A stretch of 64,000 nucleotides of DNA. Origin: a virus (Duplodnaviria; Caudoviricetes). The position numbers and the translations under genes were made by a program. The DNA lies in the IMG/VR virus record IMGVR_UViG_2706795941_000001, positions 10,074 through 74,073 of that record; one strand, given 5' to 3'. Positions 57,008 through 64,000 of the stretch are shown one piece after another (within the stretch, counting starts at the first letter, position 1; the number at the start of each line of letters is the position of its first letter). The notes beneath the pieces are model-generated. The model did no database searches and had not been told where the DNA came from. It worked only from the letters and a program-made list of their open reading frames with translations.

Positions 57008-57465
57008 TAGTCGCAGGCACCCTCGAGCTGGGCGATGCGCGTCTGCGCTGACCCGATGTCGATGTAAGCATTGTTCATCTCGTTCTCCACTCTCCAGAAG
57101 TTGCGCTTGAGTGCAACGCCGTCGTTCGGATTCTGCGTACCGATGTTGGCCTTGATCTGCCGCACCATCACGGTGAGGTCAGCCTTCGTTGCGCTCAGTG
57201 CATCGGTCGCTGCGTTCAGGTCATTCACTGCACGTATGAGATAGCCGCACTCCTTTGTCTGTTGCTTCTCCACTGTCTTGGTGATGGTGTGTACCTGTGG
57301 ATCGGGAACGAAGATCACTTGCTCTTCGGTCACGGTCTCAGTCTCGACAGTTGGATCAGTCCACGCTGCGCACAGCCACCAACCTAGTAGCACGAGGCAT
57401 AGGATCTTAATGCCTCGTGCTACCCAGGTGGTGTGTGCGTAGTGCCTGCGGTACTTGTGCTTCAC
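57007..57465 (-). CDS. Membrane-anchored coiled-coil protein
   Basis: IKILCLVLLGWWLCAAW TM, then heptads. Confidence 0.65.
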   Translation of the reverse strand: MKHKYRRHYAHTTWVARGIKILCLVLLGWWLCAAWTDPTVETETVTEEQVIFVPDPQVHTITKTVEKQQTKECGYLIRAVNDLNAATDALSATKADLTVMVRQIKANIGTQNPNDGVALKRNFWRVENEMNNAYIDIGSAQTRIAQLEGACD

Positions 57466-57468
57466 GCT

Positions 57469-58269
57469 CTAGTCCTGTTCGGCTCCCGGCACGAACGGTC
57501 CCTTGTTGCTGTTGACCCAGCCGATGACATCGGGCCGAGCCTTCTCGCACTCCGGTCCGATACCGTAGTGTCTGGATCGTGCGTCGGTGAGGTTTGTACC
57601 GCAGCTGCAGCACCGATGCTCACGCTCGGCGAAGCGATGCGCTGCACCTTGGGGGTCGACGAACACCTGTGCCCAGGCCTCGGGCAGTATGGTGCCCTTG
57701 TAGCTGTTGCTGTACTGGGATACCTGACCACTCGGCCAGTAAACGGTGTGACTGTTCCAGTCCTCGGCGATGCGGTGCTGCAGCACGGTGGCCCCGGCCA
57801 TTCGTGTGTTCTTTGCGTCGGCCTTGTGTGATGTCTTGCGGAGGAAGATGGTCTCGGTGTTGTCGTCAGCGGTGATGGCATAGCGCCCGTCGGTGATCTG
57901 ACTGACCATCATCAGTGGCAGCGGGTCGTACGCCTTCTGCACTGCGGGTTCGGGCTCGACTTCCTCGGCGGCCACTTCCTCCACCACTGGCGTGGGCTGT
58001 GGTTGGGGAGGGGGTGCTGCCTTCGGGATGGTGCCCAACATGCTGATGAGGTTCGATGCCTGCCACCCGAGGGCGGGCTTGTCGTAATCCACGTTGCGCT
58101 CGTCTGCCATCCGCTCGATGGCTGCAAGCTGGCGCTGAGTGGCGGGTCGGCGATGCCAGTCACGCATGGAGACGGGCGGCTTGCCGAATCCCAGCGTGAT
58201 GCGAGTTGGGCTGGTGACCTCCACCTTCCCGTCGCCCAAGCAGTGCGGGCACACCTCGTAGTTGGTCAT
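57469..58269 (-). CDS. DUF6011-like Zn-finger protein
   Basis: CCSCGTNLTDARSRHYGIGPEC; N-terminal CPHC.G.G; ATQRQLAAI. Confidence 0.7.
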   Translation of the reverse strand: MTNYEVCPHCLGDGKVEVTSPTRITLGFGKPPVSMRDWHRRPATQRQLAAIERMADERNVDYDKPALGWQASNLISMLGTIPKAAPPPQPQPTPVVEEVAAEEVEPEPAVQKAYDPLPLMMVSQITDGRYAITADDNTETIFLRKTSHKADAKNTRMAGATVLQHRIAEDWNSHTVYWPSGQVSQYSNSYKGTILPEAWAQVFVDPQGAAHRFAEREHRCCSCGTNLTDARSRHYGIGPECEKARPDVIGWVNSNKGPFVPGAEQD

Positions 58270-58313
58270 GATCAGGTACTCCTTTCGGTAGTGCCTTGTT
58301 GGTGGGGCTGTGA

Positions 58314-58922
58314 TCAGACCCCGTGGTATGAGCGGTGCGCAGCCTCGATGTCTGCGTCGGTGATCTTGGTGGTGACGTCACCGAACTGCATGTAGTCGAT
58401 GACACTGCCGGTGACGATGAGGCTCAGCACCATGGCACGCAGCTCGGCCAGGGTGTTGGAGATGCTGGTAAGCGCGTCCCACTCGCTGTCGCTCATTTCG
58501 TACATGCCCAGCGCCATTCGTGCCTGCTCCCCGACGCTGCTCGTGAGCACGTCGCCGATCGGGACGGCGGACAGGCTGATCTCATCGGCGATCCCGTCGT
58601 TGCTCAGTGCCTGAAGTGTCACGTCCGTGAGTTCGAAGTCGGATGCGAGCACGAACTCGCGATCGACGTCACCGCTGTAGACAACGCGCTTGTGCATGCC
58701 CGAGATGTACAGCGCCCACCCGGCGAAGCACATGGCAGTCTTGCATCCGTGCTGCTTGAGCTCGTCGAGGTCGACGATGGCCCTGCCATCGAAGCCGGTC
58801 TGCTTGTTGAGTTCCAACTGCATCTCGTCAGTGATCCACATGCTGGTCCACGTGGACTGATCCCAGTCCTCGGGGTGGTCGACGATGGTGTTGTAAGTCT
58901 TGACCAACAGGTCATTGTTCAT
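58314..58922 (-). CDS. Hypothetical protein
   Basis: 202 aa; HPEDWDQSTW, CKTAMCFAGWA. Confidence 0.7.
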   Translation of the reverse strand: MNNDLLVKTYNTIVDHPEDWDQSTWTSMWITDEMQLELNKQTGFDGRAIVDLDELKQHGCKTAMCFAGWALYISGMHKRVVYSGDVDREFVLASDFELTDVTLQALSNDGIADEISLSAVPIGDVLTSSVGEQARMALGMYEMSDSEWDALTSISNTLAELRAMVLSLIVTGSVIDYMQFGDVTTKITDADIEAAHRSYHGV

Positions 58923-59245
58923 TCTTCCTCCTCGTTGTGCATGATGCGCAGTGCTTTCTCAAACATCTCGGTTGCGATGTGTTCGACCTGGCCGGACCAG
59001 ACGGTGAATGCGAGTGGCCTTTCCGCCATGGCATACTTGAGTGCGCCGTCAACCTTCCATGTCAGTCCGATGCTGGCATGTAGTGCGGTGACAGACACAC
59101 GCATACAGTCTAGCTCGACGGGCGACAGGTTGGCGGATAGCTGCAGGTATGTGGCACGCCAGATACTCGTGCGCTCGGATGCCTTGTTGATCTCGTGTCC
59201 GACGCCCGTGCCTGGTGGCTTGAAGGGTTGGGGTGGTCTAGTCAT
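58919..59245 (-). CDS. Hypothetical protein
   Basis: ATG 59245 overlapping upstream gene end. Confidence 0.55.
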   Translation of the reverse strand: MTRPPQPFKPPGTGVGHEINKASERTSIWRATYLQLSANLSPVELDCMRVSVTALHASIGLTWKVDGALKYAMAERPLAFTVWSGQVEHIATEMFEKALRIMHNEEEE

Positions 59246-59351
59246 CTTCCCACTCGCGGGCCTCGCACACGCCTGCCACTGCAATGATGACAGCGACAAC
59301 GAGGATCGTGAGTATCACTGCTACCTGCAGTGCGTACAGCCAGGGGTTCAT
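59238..59351 (-). CDS. 37-aa membrane peptide
   Basis: LYALQVAVILTILVVAVIIAVAGV; ATGA overlap. Confidence 0.6.
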   Translation of the reverse strand: MNPWLYALQVAVILTILVVAVIIAVAGVCEAREWEDD

Positions 59352-59491
59352 GACTCGTCCTCCCACCGCTCCTGTTCTCGATCGGTCGAGTGATTGACTC
59401 CGACGTGCCCGCCGTCGTGCCCCTTCTCGAGGACACACACCGCTGTGTAGGGCCACACGCCAGGGTTCCATTCATACTTGCACTTGCTCAT
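59348..59491 (-). CDS. 47-aa Cys/His protein
   Basis: C...CVLEKGHDGGH; ATGA overlaps at both ends. Confidence 0.55.
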   Translation of the reverse strand: MSKCKYEWNPGVWPYTAVCVLEKGHDGGHVGVNHSTDREQERWEDES

Positions 59492-59796
59492 CTCATCAGC
59501 TCCCGTCGTCGGACCTCGGCGAGCAACTGCTCGTCGGTTGCCTCGCGCAGCGATAGCTCCACGCCCGCTGCACGAATGGACTTGATGTTGCCTCTGCGCA
59601 TGCGGTTCTCCCAGGCGCGATTGAGTAGTACCGCTGCCGAGAATGCCTGCTCCTGGATGGCATCGACGCAGGCCAGTCGAAACATCTCGGCCCAGTCGAG
59701 GTCGGGGTTGGAGTGGACCATCTTGTTGATCTCGTGGCGGTCATCCGCCTTGGCTGCGCTGACTAGATCAGCGATGAGTTGCTTGTGTTCGGACAT
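59488..59796 (-). CDS. Hypothetical protein
   Basis: 102 aa; ATDEQLLAEVRRR. Confidence 0.6.
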   Translation of the reverse strand: MSEHKQLIADLVSAAKADDRHEINKMVHSNPDLDWAEMFRLACVDAIQEQAFSAAVLLNRAWENRMRRGNIKSIRAAGVELSLREATDEQLLAEVRRRELMR

Positions 59797-60040
59797 GAGG
59801 GTTACCTTCTTGTCTGAGTTTGCGTCCACCTTCGGTGGACTCGAAGTCGATGTTGTAGTCGATGCCCCAGCTCTCCATGCACTCGGTGCAGATGGTGATG
59901 CCATGGGCACAGTTGCGAGGCTTACGGATGCGGATGCGTCCGCCTCGGCCCTTCCACTTGTCGTCCTTAAGCTTCACCCACAGGTAATACCTGCCGGGCA
60001 GGGGCTCGCCGGTCTTGATGGGCTCAGGTTCTCGGATCAT
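59768..60040 (-). CDS. Hypothetical protein
   Basis: CAHG..CTEC; RBS aggag. Confidence 0.55.
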   Translation of the reverse strand: MIREPEPIKTGEPLPGRYYLWVKLKDDKWKGRGGRIRIRKPRNCAHGITICTECMESWGIDYNIDFESTEGGRKLRQEGNPHVRTQATHR

Positions 60041-60097
60041 CGCAGCATCTCCTGTCTCGTGTGTGGCAACCGTACCTGGCGGCATACCGCTCGCTGG

Positions 60098-60421
60098 TCA
60101 CCGCAGTATCTCCGTACGCAGGGGTGTCGCGTCCACGTACAGGTAACGCGCAGCGTCTGCGTAGTAGGGCTGGTCAGCGATGAACACGCTGCGTGTGATG
60201 ACCACGGTCAGCTGATCCGAAGCCATGTTCACCTCGGTGACAACGGCTCCGATGCCGTACCAGGGGTGGAGGACTGCGGCGAAGGTGGCAACGTCCACCT
60301 CGTTGGGGTCCTCGCCGAAGTTGTGTTCTCCGACTCGACCGAGGTACTCGTCGTACACCTGCGTGTGCCAGGGTGTCCACTGGTTGAGGTCACCAACCTT
60401 GAGTACTTCCATGTGTGCCAT
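60098..60421 (-). CDS. Hypothetical protein
   Basis: 107 aa, RBS ggagg. Confidence 0.6.
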   Translation of the reverse strand: MAHMEVLKVGDLNQWTPWHTQVYDEYLGRVGEHNFGEDPNEVDVATFAAVLHPWYGIGAVVTEVNMASDQLTVVITRSVFIADQPYYADAARYLYVDATPLRTEILR

Positions 60422-60422
60422 G

Positions 60423-60593
60423 CTAGTCCTCCACGTTCCGCTTGCGGATGCCCAGCAGGCGCTCATGCCTGATGTCGGCTACACGCTTGGCCTCGACCTC
60501 GGCGACATGACGCCGCTCATAGAGGTCATCCTGCAAGGTGGCGAGCTGATGGTCGGTGAGTCGATTGAGCTCACGCTTGCTGCGAGGTGGCAT
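60423..60593 (-). CDS. Small helical protein
   Basis: 56 aa, RBS aaagggga. Confidence 0.55.
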   Translation of the reverse strand: MPPRSKRELNRLTDHQLATLQDDLYERRHVAEVEAKRVADIRHERLLGIRKRNVED

Positions 60594-60627
60594 ACTACCA
60601 TCCCCTTTCGGTGGTTGGGTTGGAAGA

Positions 60628-60667
60628 GCGATGACCGGGCAGCATCCCCTGCGTGCCCGGTCATCGC
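60628..60667 (-). terminator. 14-bp perfect inverted repeat
   Basis: gcgatgaccgggca / tgcccggtcatcgc. Confidence 0.6.
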
Positions 60668-60729
60668 TACTGTGGGTGGGCAGGACTCGCACCTGCCTGT
60701 GTGCTACTCACCCTCCCTTGCTGGGTAGA

Positions 60730-61665
60730 TCAGACTGCGATCGCACCCTTCACACCCTGGCCGTCGGTGGCGGGGCGGAGGTTAGTCCACTCCCGATCCT
60801 TGCCCGACTTCGGGAACAGGGCTGCGGCCACTGCGCCCGAGCTCGGGTGATCGTCGCCGTACTCCTCCGAGGTGTGCTTGGTGATGTCGACGATCTTGAG
60901 GAACGTGCCCGACTCGACACCCTCGAACGCCGACTCGATGTGAGCCGCGACGCTGCGACGCGGGCCGTCGTAGCTGGTGACTCGGGTCGTGGTCCCGGAC
61001 TTGCGAGCCTTCTTGGCCTTCTTGCCCTTGATGATGGCGAGAGCGACGGTCGCGACGTCACCGAGCTCCGGCTTGTCGTCCTCGTCGCGGTCCTCGGTGC
61101 CTTCCCAGTCGAGGTAGTTCGAGAGTTCCTCGAACGCGGTCTCGGTGTCGGGCACCTCGTAACCCTCGGCGTCGGTCGGCACGTTCTCTCGCAGGTAGTC
61201 GAGTGCGGTCTCGTGCGCGGCGATGAGCTTGCCGTACTCCTCCTTGGGGTCGACGGTGACAGCGGGCTCGGCGCTGGCAGACCCGGCCTGGATCAGCTCG
61301 TTGATCGCGTTGAGGGTGACCGCGTTCGGGAAGCGGGCCTCGTTGATCGCGCTCGAGATCTCGTTCTGCAGCCACTTCTTGCCGAGGTTCTTGTACTTGA
61401 TCCCGCCGGTGATCGCTCGGTAGGCGAGGACTGCGGCCTCGAGGTACTGCTGGGCTGCGACGCCGGTGGTGTCGTCGGCCTCGGTGAGCGCCCGCTTGAC
61501 CTGGGCGTGGAACTCGGCGATCGAGTCCTCGTGCGGGTCGGCAGCGCCGTCCTCCTGTGCCGGGGCCTCGGTGACCTCGGCCTGGGTGTCCTGCTCGACC
61601 TCGAATGCGGTCTCGTCGGCCTGAACCTCGGTGTCGAAGTCGGTGTCGAAAACGTCTCGTGCCAT
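60730..61665 (-). CDS. Acidic hypothetical protein, likely abundant early product
   Basis: 311 aa, extreme GC3, RBS aggagg, own promoter. Confidence 0.75.
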   Translation of the reverse strand: MARDVFDTDFDTEVQADETAFEVEQDTQAEVTEAPAQEDGAADPHEDSIAEFHAQVKRALTEADDTTGVAAQQYLEAAVLAYRAITGGIKYKNLGKKWLQNEISSAINEARFPNAVTLNAINELIQAGSASAEPAVTVDPKEEYGKLIAAHETALDYLRENVPTDAEGYEVPDTETAFEELSNYLDWEGTEDRDEDDKPELGDVATVALAIIKGKKAKKARKSGTTTRVTSYDGPRRSVAAHIESAFEGVESGTFLKIVDITKHTSEEYGDDHPSSGAVAAALFPKSGKDREWTNLRPATDGQGVKGAIAV

Positions 61666-61707
61666 GATGGTGCCTCCTGTTTGTTAGTGGATGAACTGCT
61701 ACTGAAT

Positions 61708-61737
61708 AGACTAGCCTAGGCTGTGGTGCCATGTCTA
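61708..61737 (-). promoter_or_regulatory. Promoter TAGACA-18-TAGTCT with ATGGCACCAC in spacer
   Basis: Spacer start matches that of the 56365 promoter. Confidence 0.55.
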
Positions 61738-61859
61738 GTCGCCGTGCGGGTTTGGTTGTGTGATGTAGGTCACACAGCCACGTTGGCCGCGATGACCAGC
61801 CCCAGCCAGGGAGTTTGTATTGCTACAAACCCTTTCCTGGCTCGGACTCGGCATGCGGA

Positions 61860-62021
61860 CTAGATCAGCTGGTTCGGAGCCTTCGGTGCCCGGTACTCGA
61901 GAGCGATCAGGTTGTCGGTGATCCTGTCGAGCTCGCGCTGTTCGCGCTTGGTCGGACGCCGGTACTTCGTGGTGCGGGTGGTCTGGTCGTACTTGGACGT
62001 GTACTTGCGGGTGTGGGACAT
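61860..62021 (-). CDS. Small basic protein (53 aa)
   Basis: MSHTRKYTSKYDQ...; RBS ggaagg. Confidence 0.55.
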   Translation of the reverse strand: MSHTRKYTSKYDQTTRTTKYRRPTKREQRELDRITDNLIALEYRAPKAPNQLI

Positions 62022-62024
62022 GGT

Positions 62025-62360
62025 TCAGGCCTTCCTGGCGAGTCGGAGGGTGTCTTCGAGAATCTTCGTGTAGACCTTGGCAGCCTGTGTGGCGAGGTAG
62101 GGCACTCGTGTCGCGTAGTGCAGCTCTTGGACGTCGAGCGCTATGCAGGCGACCTCGTGGTAGCCGTCATTCGAGCGCCATACTTCGACCGAGACCCAGC
62201 GGGAACCCGAGCTCACGTCGACATCGAGACGGTACTTGACGAGGTCGGCCTTGTCCGCGTCGAGGGAGCTGTCGTGGACAATCTCGATGAACTCGTCGAG
62301 GCACTCGATGCAGCGGGCGATGGACTCTGGGCATGTGTCGCCTGTGTAGATTTTGCGCAT
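62025..62360 (-). CDS. Hypothetical protein
   Basis: 111 aa, coding-like bias. Confidence 0.6.
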   Translation of the reverse strand: MRKIYTGDTCPESIARCIECLDEFIEIVHDSSLDADKADLVKYRLDVDVSSGSRWVSVEVWRSNDGYHEVACIALDVQELHYATRVPYLATQAAKVYTKILEDTLRLARKA

Positions 62361-62364
62361 GGTC

Positions 62365-62667
62365 TTACCGGCTTTCTTGTGCGTTGTCGTAGAGGGCTGC
62401 GGTCGCGTCGGACAGGACCGAGGTCGAGTCGTGCTTGACTACGGTCTCGAGGAAGCGGGATATGTCGCGCCACTCGCCGGAGATGTCGAGCTTCTGGACT
62501 CGGACGTAGAACCCTGTATCTGGCTCGGTCTCGAAGGGCGTCGCGTGGAGGCGATAGTCACCGACCAGGGGGTCGGGATGGTTCTGGTCCATGGTGCTGA
62601 TCTCGGCCGTCATGTACTCGAGGGCTTCGTCGAGCCATTGCGGACGGGTGGTGCTGTGGAACGACAT
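62365..62667 (-). CDS. Hypothetical protein
   Basis: 100 aa, RBS gaaagg. Confidence 0.6.
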   Translation of the reverse strand: MSFHSTTRPQWLDEALEYMTAEISTMDQNHPDPLVGDYRLHATPFETEPDTGFYVRVQKLDISGEWRDISRFLETVVKHDSTSVLSDATAALYDNAQESR

Positions 62668-62735
62668 GGTTATGCCTTTCTAGTTAAAGATGATTAACTG
62701 TTGATTCGGTTAATGGAAATTAACAGTATTCTTTG

Positions 62736-63218
62736 TCACACCTGAATACCGCACAACTTTGCCACGTCAGCGCGATACCGCTTGGGAACGTCTTGACGTA
62801 GGGTTCGGGCGGGCCATAGCGACCTTTTGCAAAGTTCTGAGTACCGGACCACTGCGGAAAAGTGTAGATCCCTGGTGTCGACCTTCCTAGTGCCCGACGA
62901 CTTTTTGCGCCCGGTGACTGGCACGCTGGGCTCAGCTACTGCGGGCTCGCTAGAACCCTGGCACATGGTGCGCTCGTTGGCAGCTAGACCTGTCATGTTC
63001 CAGCTGTATGCCGTGGTGGCATCGCCGCGAGCGTCGTGCTCGTTGGCCCAGTTGTCCTTATTCAGGCACTGTTTTTCTGTGGCCTCCCTAGCAGCGATAA
63101 CGCTGTTCATAGGGGATAGCGGTGTGTTGATCCCTGTTCCACGTTTAGCGGTCGCACGTACACGCTTCGTCACGGTGACTGTGCGTGGTGCGTGTTGCAT
63201 AGGCAGAGGTCTACCCAT
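62736..63218 (-). CDS. Hypothetical protein
   Basis: 160 aa; ggaaggg-ttcaca-ATG start context like other genes here. Confidence 0.5.
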   Translation of the reverse strand: MGRPLPMQHAPRTVTVTKRVRATAKRGTGINTPLSPMNSVIAAREATEKQCLNKDNWANEHDARGDATTAYSWNMTGLAANERTMCQGSSEPAVAEPSVPVTGRKKSSGTRKVDTRDLHFSAVVRYSELCKRSLWPARTLRQDVPKRYRADVAKLCGIQV

Positions 63219-64000
63219 TGTGAACCCTTCCGTTGTCGTGGCTCTAGTCCCTGTGCACAGTACGACACTGTGCGCGCATGTATTGATCTAGCATGTCACT
63301 ACTGCCATGCGCTGCCCATCAAACCCAACAGGGGTGATCCGTCTACGTTACCGTTAGTGACCATCGCGCGATAGTTCCTACACAACTCACAGAGACCCTA
63401 GACGTCTGTGCCGTTGTGCGTGTAGGCCGGTTCTGTGCACGTTCGCACAGAACCCTAGACCGAGTTCGGTCTAGTGCCCGTATCACCCGCGCGAAGCGGA
63501 TCTAGATGTAGTTGTACGGTTACCCAGGTACCGTAAGGCGTAATCACCAGACACGTCCTGCTCTGCCACAGGCACTCGCTGCCGCTGCGCCGGAATTATG
63601 TACGACACCTGTCTACCGCTGAGACAGGGCAACCGGGCGGCTATCGCGTTCTGGTGAACCCAGTCCCCTAGTCGAGAACCCTAGGGGCGTCCGCAATTTT
63701 GGGAGCGTTGATCCCGTTACGAGCCTACGGCTCGCCTACGTGTCGCGCGGGCGCGTGCTAGGCGCTGCGCGCGTGTCGGGGCGCAGCCCGCCACGGCGCG
63801 CGACGGTGCCGGGGGGGCGCTGCGTCGCGGGCGTGGCGGGCGCGCCGGGGGGGCGGGGGGGGCGGGGGGGCTGTCCTGGTCATGCCCCTAGTCTACACGA
63901 TCGGTGGCACCACGCAACCCCCTAGGGGGGCTCGCCGGTGTGACATGCGTCACATTTGGGAGCGGGTTTTGTACCACCCATTGTACCAGGCGCGGTATAC
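63219..64000. other. Non-coding repeat-rich region (possible genome end / origin / early promoter zone)
   Basis: No credible ORF; repeated CCCTAG and CACAG/CTGTG, G-tracts, TGG-TACAAT extended -10 on - strand at 63980-63988. Confidence 0.6.

Noticed and set aside
62827-63291. + strand 154-aa ORF and 63740-63925 ORF near the right end
   Set aside because: No RBS, low-complexity or antisense to a better-supported gene
1-64000. tRNA, rRNA, IS elements
   Set aside because: No T-loop/cloverleaf, rRNA-like or transposase signatures recognised by eye; tRNAscan/Aragorn would be decisive

Overview
Most of a long-tailed, high-GC siphovirus genome of the actinobacteriophage type. The split lysin A, LysB-like cutinase and WhiB suggest a Gordonia/Rhodococcus/Mycobacterium-like host; no database match was possible. 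Left arm (1-32.6 kb, + strand): terminase C-terminus, portal, an SGNH-esterase virion-type protein, a Com-like Zn finger, protease/scaffold, decoration and major capsid proteins, Mu-like neck genes, major tail, a tail chaperone with a -1 frameshift, a 3028-aa tape measure, three minor tail proteins and a lysis cassette. Right arm (32.7-63.2 kb, - strand): Cas4/AddB-like nuclease, WhiB, DNA methyltransferase, displaced LysB, MazG-like, RusA, DUF4406-like, beta clamp, oligoribonuclease, HTH proteins, SNF2 helicase, SSB-like protein, HNH, a MoxR AAA+/VWA pair, and many small Cys-rich or membrane ORFs. It ends in a repeat- and G-tract-rich non-coding region. I saw no integrase, repressor, DNA polymerase, primase, tRNA or CRISPR array. 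Most notable: (1) a dispersed palindrome RTGGTACCAY that overlaps right-arm sigma70-type promoters and is doubled in front of the MoxR/VWA operon; (2) an oligoribonuclease ending in a Pol IV-like clamp-binding motif, next to a phage beta clamp; (3) a MoxR ATPase with duplicated Cys modules; (4) a secreted MmpS-like protein in its own unit; (5) nested domain insertions in a tail protein.
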